Positions 22,669 through 36,000 of a stretch of 64,000 bases of DNA are shown piece after piece (the stretch's first letter is position 1; every line of letters begins with the position of its first letter). The stretch lies in assembly GCA_905178155.1 (NCBI GenBank), contig CAJINV010000002.1:5017709-5081708 (forward strand), given 5' to 3'. A program made the position numbers and the translations under genes. This DNA is from Amoebophrya sp. A120 (Eukaryota; Protista; Dinoflagellata). The notes under the pieces are model-generated. The model did no database searches. It was not told the origin of the DNA and was given only the letters and a program-made list of their open reading frames with translations.

Positions 22669-23846
22669 GGGCCTAACGTGCAAGAATCTTGCTAGTTGGT
22701 GGTCAGACATGAGAAAATCTCACAAGCTGGGAGCTGGACGACAAAAAATCTTCGGAGGCAGCAGCTCCACAGCAGAAAAACGGGGTGAGGTGACAACCGG
22801 TTTTCACAACATCCCAGAAGCTTCTGACCTAACAGCACAAAATCTGGCAAGTTGGCGGCCCCATAACGCAAAATATTGCGACTGTTTGCCTATATGGGTC
22901 CCGAGATTGGATTGCGTGGCGCGTAAATCTTGACTATTGTCTGCATTTGGCCCTGGATCGCGATTATGGGCAGCCCAATTGTCGTACTTTGCCACTACAA
23001 GGGCCATGATCGCGGCTCTGGGCGACCAGATCGCAATTTTTGGCCGCCATTGGCGTAGGAGATGTGGTTCTGGGCAGTCAGATCGTGATTTTCGAATGAT
23101 TTCCTGTCTCTATGTGCCCCTAAATTGCACCATGGGGCGGCTGCGTCCAGATTCGGCACGGCACCTTGCACAATGATCGCGATTCTAGGCAGTCCGATTG
23201 CGATTCTTGATCGCGGTCGGCGCCGGGATCGCGTTTCTGGGCGACCGGATCGCGATTTTGTGCTTCTGTCGGCCCTGATAGCGCTTCAGGCCGTCCGATC
23301 GGGACTTGTTGCCGCCGCGGTTTCCCGGACCGGTGCCTGGTGCAGATCACAGCGCACGTGTCGCCTCTATCTATTTCAGAACTGCCTCTCCGACCGCGGC
23401 AGCTGTGCTCCGTGGCAGGCCATCTCTCACTCGTCCGCCATTGTAAAGATTTGCGTCTATTCACTATTGTGTGCCCCCGCGTGTCCGCTGCGTACCGGGA
23501 TCGTTTACAACATCGTTGCGATATTTTTCTAGCCGCAAGATCGCATACGCAATTTCTTTGCTTCATCCCGGGTCGTGAAACCGTGGCTTCGTGCATCGGA
23601 AGGCGGTGCTTGACGTGTGGGGTGACACCGAAGGCAAATTCGTTGAAAGCGGGCAAAGATACTCGTTTGGCGTGGGGAATCAAAGTCGTTTACCTACTTG
23701 CATTCGTTATGGACGGGGCATGATGCAATTTCTACCTGACGAAGAGAGCGGCGCGTTAAAAAGAAAAGTTTGGACGTGAGCTGATTATGACAAGGTATGG
23801 TGTGGTTTTTTCCGACCCCGCATTATTTATATAAGATAGGACGAGA

Positions 23847-26800
23847 ATGAAAAGCCCGGCGGCCTTCGTTTTCGCCGCAGCGATAGGTCTTTGGCTCTAT
23901 TGGGCCGGCCGCCTTACTGCGGTGTCCGCGACGGAAGCAGACGTTGCCTTTGAAGTGGTCGAGGCCAAGCTGCGCGACCTTGCATCTGCGGTGCAGCACG
24001 AGTTCGCTGCGTCACAAGCGGCACCTTCTCAACCGCTTTCGGAAGTAGAGACAGATCCTGCTTTCGGTGTGCCGGTGTTTCTTCCCCCGCATTTTCAGGG
24101 AAGCAGTGCGGGAGTACATGGAGCTTCCGGACAAGAAGGTCCCGACGTTCTCGCCGACAAGATCCCGCCCCTTGCCGAGTACCCGGCGCGGAATACCGAA
24201 TGGGAGCGGGCCTTGGCGGAGCGTGACCACCTCCACACCGGAGATGAAGGTGCGAAAACAACTTTGAAAAACACGACAAAGATCAACTTCTACAAAAGCA
24301 GCATCTTCCGGAGCAGTAGTACCAACTACAACGCGGAGTACGATGAGGAAAAACAGACCCCGTCGGCTTCATCTCGAGCTTTCGTCGAGAACCGCATCGC
24401 AAAAGTTTTCGCGACCATCTTCGGATACGACAGGGAGCACGAACTTTCCGCGTCCGGCCAGGTCCAGGATAGCGTTGGGTACGCGGTTTTTGGCGCAGAC
24501 GACGGAACTTATGTCCAGTGGCCGCATTTGGCGAGGGATCGGATTATTTTTCCGAGCAACAGCACAGAAAGAACACAAACGTCGGACCTTCCCCCGATGA
24601 GTAAATCCGACGAGGCGAAACTACTATCCTACGACGTTCGCTTTTTGCCCTGGTATCAGCAGACCAAATCCGGCACTAAAGCGGTTTCTCTGTTCGTAGA
24701 TCTCAGTTCCCAGTCCGCGGTCCGTTCTGCATTCCGTGTGTTGGCGTCGTTGAACCAGCAGGACCTGTTTCTGGTCGGTGTAGTCAGCAGCGACTGGAAG
24801 TTGTTTTTAGCCAATCTGCAGCTTCTCCCCGCGAGTGAGCGCAACAAGAGGCGCGCGCGGGACTGGTTGCTGCGGAAGGAAAAGCTGGTGCGGAAAGTGC
24901 TGGCGGGGAATGGGGTGGTGAAAAGCAGTAGCAGTAAAAATGCTAAAATAATTTTTCCACCGGACAAAAAGTTTCTAGAAAGCGCTACTGCCGCGAACGA
25001 CCCAACCGTCGAAGATCTGAATGACGAGCCCGATGTTGACGAGCACCTGCCTATATCAACTGTAAAAATGTCTGGGTCAGGAAGGTTGGAACTTGTGATG
25101 CTAGCTTTGGACTCTAAAAAAATCTGTATTGCATGACCAGCGCGAGCAGTCTAGTTCGCGCTACGCGGGGAGGGCGTTCGTCATGCGGAGTAGGGAGCAT
25201 CAGGAAGCCCTCTAAAAATCTGTGATGCTGGGTCGTGCATTACAGACATCCTGGCTCATGCAAAATATGCATGACAAACCCGGCAACATTCCAGACACAG
25301 ACGTGTTTACATTTGATAGCCGAAACCCTTCCGCCACCTCGGGCTTCTGCCGGATTCCTTCGCGAAAACGGATTACTTGGCGGATTTCAAAACAACCCAT
25401 AACGCCAAGGGGAATAATATGAAAGAGTCTAGTGCAGCAGCTTCTGCGCACGATGAAAACAAGCAGATTCTCCTGAAGATCAAGCGTCTCGAGGGCATTG
25501 CTTTGGACCTCGCGACGCTCGGCGAACTTCCGGTTTCGGTGTTGGCGAAAAAATACCGGTGCGCCAGAAATCAGACGATTCTTGCGCAGGAGGCGGGGGA
25601 GAATTCTCCGGAACAGGCGAAGGAAGAAATGGCACAGGGTGGATCAGACGCAATCAGTGCTCCTTTCGGGCCGAACTTCTGCCCGGAACAAAATCCACTG
25701 CTAGAAGCGGTGATGGACTGCGATATGAAGTACTCCATCCTGCTCCTCGGGCAGCGGACTGGAACTGCTACTTCGGCGAAAGATTCACCGTCGGGCCTCG
25801 GCCAGGTCCATGCGGCTCAGGTGCAGTTTGGAACACAAGCCATCCGAGCGAGCTTTCCGATAGAGTCGGCTCCTGATAGTACAGGATTGGAAATATTAGA
25901 CATGGCAGTAAGTCGTGGCTCAGAGCAAGAGAATCAAGTCTCAGGAGCGGAAAAACTACCGACCAGCAGACCGATTGGCCCCGGAAGTAGTAGTACTTCG
26001 AGTAGTTCGCCAGAAGTTCTCCAGGGTGACCGGATAAAACGGAGCGATATAATAGGCGCCCTGCAAAAAACAAGTGCGCAACAAAGTTCAACTACCGCCG
26101 GCGCGCAGCAATCTTCATCACAGCTCGTTGACAATGGCAGTGACACCAAAACTTACAACAATATTATAATTCCCTTCGACCGCTACTGGGCGTCCGAGCT
26201 CCGGCCGCTGGATTACAAGTACAATTACGACGATTTGACCGACATGCAGCAAGTTACGTGGATGATCCGTCGGGACGTGCGATTTACGAAGCTGGACCAG
26301 CTGACCGCGTGTTTGAATGTAGCCGTGCCAAAGAACATTAAAGCGCCAGCACTTCTTGCATCATCGGCGGCGGGAACAGCAACTGCAGCAGTGGATGAAC
26401 TTCAAGAGCAGCAGCGCGCGGTCCTGTGCGTGGATAGTTCAGCGATTCTACAAAAACCGGTGGAAGAACTCCGGTGTTTGGAAGGCTTCCGGTCCTGGCA
26501 CGACATGAAACTGGCGCCGCAGTTGCGCTGTCGACAAAAATTTTGGGCGGAGAAGGAGGCAATCGAGTTGCGGAAATTCATGCTCAAGCAAGATTTCTTG
26601 GACAAACACGAGGCAAAGAATAAGAACACGGCAGAAAACGCAACAATACAGCAGGCGGAGAAGATCGTCGAGAAGTACAACCTGGTGGGCACGCAGAGCG
26701 GCAGTTTAGACCGGGGTTCCGGGATCGGGTCGGAGCTCCCGGACAAACGGAAGGTGGAAGTGAAAACGATGGAGAAGTATCTGATCGGGCACAACGACGT

Positions 26801-29800
26801 CGATAACTCGATTGGCAGTTTCATGGTGCCGTTCCTGCACGAACAGAGTCGTGGTCAGGATGAAATAGTAGATTTTGAGAATGGGGAAGAGAACCCCAAC
26901 GGACAAGAACAACGGGAGTACACAAAATTTTTCACCTCCTTCGCGCCCTTTTCGTTGGATCACCCGCTAGTGGTGCCTTTGAACAAGCCGAAAAAATTGA
27001 ACGAGAAATTCACCGAGGTAATCACAACCACCGCGGAGAGGTTGCTGCACCAGATGCAGGAGGATATCTACCACATGCTTCCGGCAACGAGAAACACGCA
27101 CGAGCGGCAGAACGCATATCCCACAGGAAAAAGCTGGCAGTGCATATTGGTAATGCCAAAACGCATAGGGAATCGCAAAAAAAAACCGTAGTGCGGATCC
27201 TAAATAGCATGCTCAGGCGGGCTCGCGAGTGGCATACTTTTCTGTGTATTTGTTTTTGCATGACATGCCTTGCCTGCTTTTTTTCTGTGGGATAACGCTC
27301 GCAAGGTGTTGACAGAGGTGGAACTTTTAGAGTTGGAAAACCGGGGGATTGCGTTGGGTTTGGAAAGGACAAACAGCTCCGTGCTGCACAGCATCACCAC
27401 CTTTGAGGATTTGTCATTATTACTCAACGACCCGACTTTAGTCGAAACCGAGTCGCAGGAGCAGGCGGCCGAAATCTTTGAGAAGATCAACAGCCCGTCG
27501 TCCCCGGGCGAAACACGCGGGAAAATTTTGGAGGAAGAGGACGAGGAGGCAGCACGGTTAAGCGAGGGTGCGGCTGGTGGCGTTATAAAAAATCAGGCGA
27601 AACAAGAAGTAGAACCAGGATTGCAGCTAGACTCGACGTCCTCTTCGAACCCAAGAACGCAGCAGCAGCCGCACCACCTGCAGCGCAAACTGAACATTTG
27701 TTACACGCCAGTCGGCGCGTCTTCGAAAAGTGTCGAGCCCTTCCTCGTGCCCGAGCGGGTGGCAAAGGAACAGTTTCTGCGGGAGCAAGGGGAGGAGATA
27801 GAGGAGCGCGCGGCGTTTAACAGCACGGGGTGTTGGCTGCTTTTGTTGCTTCTCGGCTGCTTCTGCTGCGGCTTGTTTGGTCTCGTGGCGTGGGGCGAGC
27901 GGGGCGCGGAGTATTATTTGGACGGCCACGAAGGTGATCTCGAGGCTGGCAACAAACCGCTCACCGAGAATATCATTTGTAAAAACGTCCCCACCCCAGG
28001 GTTGTCATGCAAATCTGCATGCTGAAAATGTTTCTCATGCGGAGACCCATGAGAAACAGTGTCTAGTCGTGTTGTGGGATTTGTGATGCTAGAATCAGCA
28101 TGATATGCTAAATCTGTGATGCTGCTGAACAAGCTAAACAGGATTACACTGCGGGGTCAAACTTGTCATGCGCAACAGCAAAAGCTGACAGATTTGTCTA
28201 GCAGATTTCCCAGCTTGACTCTTGTGTGGGGACGTTTTTACTCAGGATAGAGAAGCAAAAGCGGGGCATGCGGAATTACAACGTGGCCACGGATAGTCGG
28301 ACCGCCAGCCAGGTTGGGCGGGAGGACGCGTACGGCAGGTGGGGATCGCGCGGCACGTTTCCCGCCTGGGGGTCAATGTCGGACGCGATGTACCGGATTT
28401 TTGGCCAGAAGGACAGCGATCATGAGGTGGAACAAGCAGTGACCACGACCCCGCCATTGCTGTCCCCGGCGGACGACGACCAAAGTGCGCACAGTAGGAG
28501 TAAACAAGCGAGCTCTGCTAGTCCTCGCGACGACCAGAGCAGTCTCGAAGATTCTACTTACCCGCTCTCCGATTTTCCGGCGCCGGTCAGCGCAGACGTG
28601 ATCCGGGATCGCCACGGAGTGAGTGAAAGTTACGAGCAGCTCGGCGTTCTCCAGAACTTCGAAAAGTACCCGAAGCGGGCCGGCTATGGATGTGTCAGGA
28701 TCGAAATCGACAAAGTCGAAAGATTTGTGATGCATAAAATGTAGGGCACTGAAGTGCTGTATTGGGGAGCAGGCAAATGAGACCGATTGTGAGCCTTTTT
28801 AGGGGTATACAATGTGCTGCCAGAGTAGCATGACAGGGGCAGTCTTCTTTGCCCAAACAGCATGACAGACTGGATTTGGGTGCTCCCGAGACTTGTCATG
28901 CGCCACTTGGAGACTGGGGCTCCAACTGACATCGATTCTGTGCATCACAAATTTTTCGACTCTGTCAATTTCGATTCTGAAACTTCCATACCGGCCCGCT
29001 GCGTGGGAAGGTGATCCGGGACCGCGATGGGGTGCAAGAGCACTACGAGCGGGTCGGCGTTTTGCAGAATTTCGAGAAATATCAAATGTAAAAATGTCTG
29101 GGTCTGGAAAAGTGTACGCCTGTCATGCAGATTTTCCATGACCCATGAGGTCTGGAATGCGGGACTTAGCATGACAGACTCTGCGAGGTCTCTGCCATGC
29201 CTGTCCTGCGTGAGAAACTCCCCTCCAACCTTGTCAAAAGTGTACAGCTTTTGGCACTCATGCAACACAGATTTTCGCATGCTTCAGATTTACCATGACA
29301 AGTTGGAATCTTCCAGACCCAGACGTATTTGCAATTGATAAGAAAGCACCGACGCGGCTGGTCGGCAAGAGGACGCGGGACCGCATCGAGGAGAAGAAGC
29401 GGAGCATCGGCGAAAAACCGGTGGAAACTGCGGGGGTGCTGCAGAACTTCATCAGAGCAGGGATGCGGAAAGTTTCCGAGACGGTCGCGGGCATTTTTGA
29501 GGAGGAAACTAAGCCAGAAGAAGTAGGGGCGCGTAGAAGTACAGCAACAAGAACCCAAGGAGAAGTAGAAGTGACCTCCGACCCGGACGGGAGAGCGTCG
29601 ATGCTGCAAAACTTCCAGAAAGCCACCGTGGGGCACCATCATGATAGTACTACACCCAGGGCGGGAAAGAAACGAGCGCAGAGCAAAGAATCTGCGAGAG
29701 GACTCGGACGAACAAAAGCGGCGCCCTCGAAAGGAAAAGCGTCCTCATCTTCCAAAGTAGCCGCGGAGCAGAAAAAGGAAGAGAAACGGGAAATAAGAGC

Positions 29801-31568
29801 AAGTGCCGCCGGGGCGCTGCAAGTGGAGGAAGTTCTTGCCGTTCGAAATTCCAACGGGGGCGGGAAAACAGCCCTCGGAGCTGCAGAACTTGGCATTGGC
29901 CTCGCGGCGAAGTACGGAGCAGCAGGGGTCGTGGGGGATAGAGGGAACACGGATGTTGAGCAGCCAGCACCAACGGGTGGAGTGCTTTCGACCTCACCGT
30001 CGGAAGTGGAAAATAATTTTCCTGGAGCGACAACTACGTCCGAAGAAACATTAACCGACAATAGTGCAGCAGGTGGTGCTTCAGCCAAAAATTATGCTGA
30101 CCAAGATCTATCCCTCCTCCCTCCGAGGAGAGAACGGGTCATCAAAGCTGTTTCGCCGATAGGGCTGATCCAAGAGAATTTTGGCGCTACGAAAACCAAA
30201 GCGAAGGCGCAGGTAAAAGCCGTGAGGGCGAAGGCAAAAGCGGCTCTCTCCCCCCGCGCGGCCAAGCTGAAAGAGCAAGCGGGGGAACTGAAGCAGCAAA
30301 TCGCGAACAAAGTCAGCAAAAACGGAATAGGGATGAAGTACAACAGGGGAGCTGCTGCACCAAAGGGGGTTGAGCCGGGGCTTGTGAGCTCTTACCCCGT
30401 GATGTTGCCGCAGAATTTCGAGCAAGAGGATGTCTTCAAGAAGCAGACTATGAAGAAGCAAAACTCCGCTACCATTGTCCCCGACCCGATGTCCATCGTC
30501 GATTTAAACAGCCTGAGTCCGCTGGAAAGAGCGGGCTCAACGGACGGTATGATGTATAATCTCCCCGCCGGAGCAGCAGCTGGGAGCAGCAGTGTCTCTA
30601 ACTACCCAACCGATCCGCAGTCCTCCTCCCCGGTGTTGCAGGCCCGCGGCCCCGTGGACCCGCACTCTTTCGAAGGTGTTGCCGCGATGAGCAAGGATGG
30701 TGTTGAAAAGTCAGACCTACACGTCAGTGCCTACCCGAGCAGAATGGGTGGCGTTTTTGGGTCCGCTGCGTCGGAGGTAGGAGCCACAACTCGTCCCGGC
30801 GGGGAGGAGAAGATGCCCCTAACCACCAGTAAAGAACATGATAGTGGTTCGATTCAGTCCTCCGGGGAGGGTCCGTCGCTCCATGCGGAGCTGATGACGG
30901 TGCACCAATCGATCGGAGTCGACCACGCCAAGGTACGAAGCGAGGTGACCAGTAAGGACCAGGTGTTCGCCTTTGGCAGTACCGCTCTGGACACGCACGC
31001 GGATGGCAAAGTGCAAGTCTACAAAGTAGGCTTCGAGTTGGGCGGAAAGACAGCAGGAGCGCAAGAAAAGGCTGGTTCCAAAAATCAGCATCGCATACCG
31101 ACCCGCGACCGGCTATTGGACATCGATAGCGAAAATTACATTGCGGAAACAGTCGTGAATGCGGACGAGTTGATGAATCCGACTGGCGACATAATTTTTC
31201 CGGCAGATAATGACCAAATTTCCAAAGTTAATACCAGTTCTCTGTCCAATTCCGCCGACGTTGCGGATGAGGGAGACGACGAAGACGAGGACGCATATAT
31301 TTACGCCCCCTCTGATTCGTCACAACCCACAGAAAAGAAGCCGAGGGAACCCACGAAGAAACAGATTCGGGCGCAGCAGCGCAAGCAAAGACTGATCGAC
31401 TTGAAGGGCGACGACTTTTCGACGGTGCGAAAAAACATGAAAACGAAGTCGCGGATCGTCGAGACGTTTGGAACTTCAACGGCGGGAGATGCTACTGCAG
31501 TTATGCATCGCAAAAGCGAAAGGAAAAGCATCGTAGCTAGTGGGAATAGCACTTCTACATTTTTTTGA
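23847..31568 (+). CDS. Large type I membrane protein with an alpha2delta/CACHD1-like VWA_N-VWA region and long low-complexity tail; at least 6 exons, possibly extends to 31915
   Basis: Signal peptide; YDVRFLPWYQQTKSGTKAVSLFVDLS matches the alpha2delta 'YDxRxRPWY...pKd.vIlvDvS' signature (MIDAS degenerate); TM helix CWLLLLLLGCFCCGLFGLVAW at ~27830; five introners removed in frame. Confidence 0.7.
25054..25318. mobile_element. Introner F1
   Basis: TIR; TSD GCCTA/GCCGA; joins EHLP|KPFRHL into ORF 25377. Confidence 0.93.
27117..27294. mobile_element. Introner (TATCCCACAG TIR)
   Basis: TATCCCACAGGAAAAAGC / GCTTTTTTTCTGTGGGATA; TSD ACGCA/ACGCT; joins RQNA|RKVLTE. Confidence 0.85.
27971..28249. 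mobile_element. Introner F4 (TATCCTGAGTAAAAACGT)
   Basis: TIR; TSD GAGAA; sister copy at 59821-60099 (both 279 bp). Confidence 0.93.
28685..28990. mobile_element. Introner F2
   Basis: TIR; TSD CCGGC; 306 bp, same length as 15803-16108. Confidence 0.95.
29080..29340. mobile_element. Introner F1
   Basis: TIR; TSD AGAAA; joins QNFEK|APTRL. Confidence 0.94.
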
Positions 31569-31675
31569 AAGTAGAAAATTTTGAAAGTTGTCATGCAGCT
31601 GATGATACGAACGCAGATCTATTTTGCAGAGTCGCAAGTATTTGTACAGCGAGTGCGATGCTTTTGCGCATGATA
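31502..31675. mobile_element. Possible highly degenerate introner (F5-like right end)
   Basis: TATGCATCGCAAAAGC ... GATGCTTTTGCGCATGATA; no recognisable TSD, but removal plus 5 nt joins the frame of ORF 31565-31915. Confidence 0.4.
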
Positions 31676-33070
31676 ATGCCGGCAGGCGCGGCAAGTAGTG
31701 ACGCAGGCGCTGTGTCCGCAGCTAGTTCCGCCCCTGGAGCAGGTGCAGAGGGGGTGACGACGATGCCCTCCGTGTTGGCAAAGTCAGCCAGTGGGAAGCA
31801 AATCCCGCCGGCGAGCGGCCAGGCGGGAGGCAGCATTGGCGCGAGAATTCTGAAAACCGCGGAAGACAGCCCGCAGGACAATTTCAGCACGCCGCCGAAT
31901 ACAGCAAGAAGCTGAGGAAGATTTTTACAATTGTACGATACGTTTCCAACCTTCAAACAGATCAAACACTATACGAAAATGATCGAGCACATAGCTGCAC
32001 TAGCTACAATTTCAAACGTTAACATTTCAAATGAGTAATAAATATGACACGTTGCTATTCATTACCTTCGGCATTTTTAGTTTTTTCTTCCAATTATCAA
32101 GATCAAGTTTTACGGTATAACGGCAAGCGATAGATCTCTACAGTTGTTGCGGGGATCGAAAGATAGTTATCATGTAGGCTGCGTGGATAAGCGAAACCCG
32201 TACTGTTTTACAGCGTCGAGCGGATCTAGGTGTTGCTTCATCTGCACACAAGAAACTTTACTGTACAATAAGGCTGTTGGCTCAGTTGCAATCCCGGAAG
32301 CAGTATCAGATATAGATTAGCTATGTAGCATCTTTTGATTATTTTTTTTTTAGTTTACTTCTTATGCAGAATTGATGTATTTCTATTACTACTAGCATGT
32401 GTTTTGTTGGATCGCGTTGTACAGAATTGTTTCCAGAAAGTATCACGTTTTAGTACCTCCTACGTGTTCATCTACCCGCTTTTACTGTAGGTGCCCGATC
32501 GGGGACGGCCGCGGCGCATTTGTTCTGGCTGGACTCAAAGATATTGATCTTTGGCGGTAATCCTTTTTTACTCGCCACAGATCTAGTACTCAGCGTTTAG
32601 AGGAAGTAGGTGGTCCGTCGCCGGGTACGTACGTGATGGCGCGGCACAGATCAGGAAAGGTTCTGTTGGATCATAGGACTTGTCAGAGTTATTTGTCTCC
32701 TCATATTAGCACCATCTTCCTTGGTTGCGACTTTTTGTCCGCGCTTCCGGTACTTTACTAGTGAATGAAGCCCATGAAGAAACAAGAGTCACAACTTTCG
32801 ACATGAAAGATGAAAGTGCACCAGGGTCTTTTTTTGAACAAGATATAGGCACGTTTTGAAGTAGTGGTCGCGCGTGCCACTGTAAGACTGTATTTTGTGC
32901 TTGTGATTTTTTTACTTGATTTTTATATTGCCCGGCGACATAATTGCATTGCATAATTTTGATTTGTCGCTACTAAGGGCATTTCACTTCCTTTTTTTGT
33001 CACTGCATAAAAACTAACACTAAAACTCGCAATTACCTTTTACCGCGGAGCGGAAAGACCACGGCAGACG

Positions 33071-36000
33071 ATGCATTCGCAGTGCTTTTCATTACCCTCG
33101 GCGACAACGTCCGCCGGCGGGTCCACATCGTCCTCTGGACGCCGACACCGGCAGCCAGAAACGAAACATGCGACCAGCGGATCAACAAGGCTTTTTACGA
33201 CCGCCTTTGCCGCCGCCTGCTCAGCAGCGCTGATCCCGGTGCAGCAAGGGGTCCACGCGGTTCGTACTTCCGCAGGAGCAACGAGCGTAGTAGAAGATGC
33301 GGGCGGCGGCCCACGAGGACCTACTTCGCAACAAGACCCGACCCCCGCGGAGGCACTGCTGGCGAAGAGCCAGCCGAAGCGGAGCAAGGGCCCACTGGGG
33401 CAGATAAAGGCATCCTCGTCCAGTAAGGAGAGGACGTCGGTGGGACGGGCCCCGCCGGTAAACAAGCGACATCTAGTGGATTTGCGGGCCCTTGACGATG
33501 TTACCTCCATTGCGGCAGGGGGCCGAGTGGCTAATGGCGCCACAGATGATGATAGTAGCGCATTACCTGCTGCTGGTGCTACAGCCAGCGCAGCTTCACC
33601 CGGTAGTTCCAGGAGCACACCCGGGCACGGGTACAACCACCTCAGACCTGGTGCCAGTAATTATGGTAAAGAGAATGCAGTCGAGGTGGATGATGTTGAG
33701 AAAGGACCACTGCCGAGCAGTGCGAAAAGCACACCAACAGGCCGCGCAACCACAGCTGATACGTCCTCAGGCTCAAAATGGAGCAAGGAGCCGCCGCGTA
33801 GGTGGATCGGGAAGCCCGGAACCCCTCCAGCGATAGGAACGACAAGTAGACCACGACCAGGTGGCACTATTAGTAGTGGACAACAGGAGGCCGGCGCACC
33901 TGCAGAAGAAACGGCGCCGGGTGAAAACGACCCTGCCGACGCGCCGGCTCTTGTTCCTTCCCCAAAGTCTGGCTGGGTCCACATCGTAACGCGAAGTAGC
34001 AGCAAGGACAGTGGGGAAGGACGAGATGTTGCTGCCGTTTCCAGCGCCAAACAAGCACCACAAGAACTAGCCGCGAAGGGGGTCGCTCAAACGGGGAAAA
34101 TTGCAGCAGCTTCGTCACCTGCGGGCGGGGCAACAGTGCGGACGTTGCATAATAATATGCTGGAACAAAAGAAGAAAAGCACAGCACTTGCTACGACCTC
34201 GCAGGAGCAGTACGAAATCACCGGAGATAATTCCTCTACAGACAACAACATCGCGATTTCCTCGGGCAGAATGAAGGCCACTTTCAAGAACAACATCAAG
34301 GGCACCGATTTATTGCCCCGCTCCGAAGCGGAAGCTTTAGCTCGACCGCAGATCGCAAAGAACAGTTTTGGTGCGTTGGCGGCGGGGGACGGCGACGAGG
34401 AAGAAGAAGACCGAAACAGTGGAGAGGATCGTGGGGTATTGATAGACGAGGGCACACCAGCTCCTGATGATGCAGCTCAGGACATTCTTACTATCTCATC
34501 TTCGCCCATTTCGACGCCGACACATGGTTTTGTTCTCATTCATGAGGAGCAAAAAATGGGGCGCGAGGCCGCGGAGATGGCCAAAAAATCCTCTCCGATG
34601 GCCGGAGCTCCCGCGCAACAACCATCCAAGCCCACGGCCACCCGTCGCGGGGGTAGAAGGGGCTCGCAACGGGTGCAGAAGGTCGCCACCCCGCGGTCAA
34701 GGTTCCCGACAACGCCCGCGGATGACATGGAGCTGGCCATTGCTATGCAGTCGGCAGGCGGGGTGGTGCACAACCGCACTGCGGTATTCTGAGTAAAAAC
34801 CTCCTCGTCCCCTCCCCAGAGAGAGTTAGCATAAAAGAAAAGTTAGCAAGCCTTTGCCTTTGTCCATGACATCTCTGGATATTGAGTCTAGTCATGGTTA
34901 GCTGTTGTAGTTGCAGTAGCCTCTTTACAAATGGAATATCTTATCCGCATTGATGTGGAAAATCGAGATGCAGCTAATGCTTCCCATGGAGCCCCTACGA
35001 ACAACGTGTGAGATACTTACAAGTTGAGCAAGCAGATTTGCAGGGCAGGCGATGTTTTCACTCATGATATGTGACCAAAGAGGACGACCCGCCGACGGAC
35101 GATGAAGACGAACTGCTGCCGGACGTGGAACGAGATCTGTTTCGCGGAATCCTGCCGGGGGCGGACTCCAGCGGCAGTAGCACCGGGATCCCGCCTTACT
35201 TCCCCGATGAGGTAAAGGCATTCGAACATCATGGGCCGGACGCTTCCGATAACAGCAGCTCGGTCGTTCTTCTTCCCTCGACGCCCATCGAGGTTGACGA
35301 GGAAATGATCGGTGGGGGTGCTACTAGTTCTTCCTCCCCGTTGCCAATCGAGGAGGAGGATGAAATAGATCCGTTTCTAGCAGGTCCGGAATGGCCGCGC
35401 AATATGCAAAAGCAGGATGCAACGTCGACACTACCAGCGGAGGGGGAGCAGGAGCCTGTTATGGGGGATGTCGCAAGTAGGAAGAGCCGCGACGAGTTGA
35501 GATCTGTGCCCGCGCGGAGGACAAGAACTTCGACAGAAAATGATTTTTACACCCAAGATCGTCTTCAACAAAGCGAAGGAGCAGCCAAGCAACAATCGCT
35601 AAACGCCGACGCGGTCGCATTCGTACCCGCCGGGGCAGGAGGAGGTGCAGCTGCGGGAATATTACCGCACTGCGAAATTTCGTCGAATCTTCAACATGAG
35701 CACGAAACTTGTGCAGTTCTTGCACCCGATGAACATCAAGAGTCTGCTTCAAATTTGCAAGAGAACAACGTCGACATGATGCAGCACGACCAGTCCTGTG
35801 TAGGCGGAGCAGGACTAGTAGACTTCGATCCGACCATGTTTCCGTCCCCCCACGAAGCGGCGAGTTACTACTACGGGATGCAGCCGCACTGTTCCGGCCT
35901 GGACCCGAACATCGTCCCCATGGGGTCCACGCTGTACACGATGCACCACGGTATGCACGGCCAGCAGCAGTTCCTCCCCCAGCCGACGCAGGACCAAAGC

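Larger units (their letters stand above)
20660..23290. repeat. Degenerate minisatellite array (GATCGCGATT-type and CAAAATCTT...GCTGG..GCC-type units) interrupted by a retroelement fragment
   Basis: Recurring short units at ~20660-21140 and ~22670-23290; includes a 44-bp inverted repeat at 20895-20938 / 20985-21028 (3 mismatches). Confidence 0.6.
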
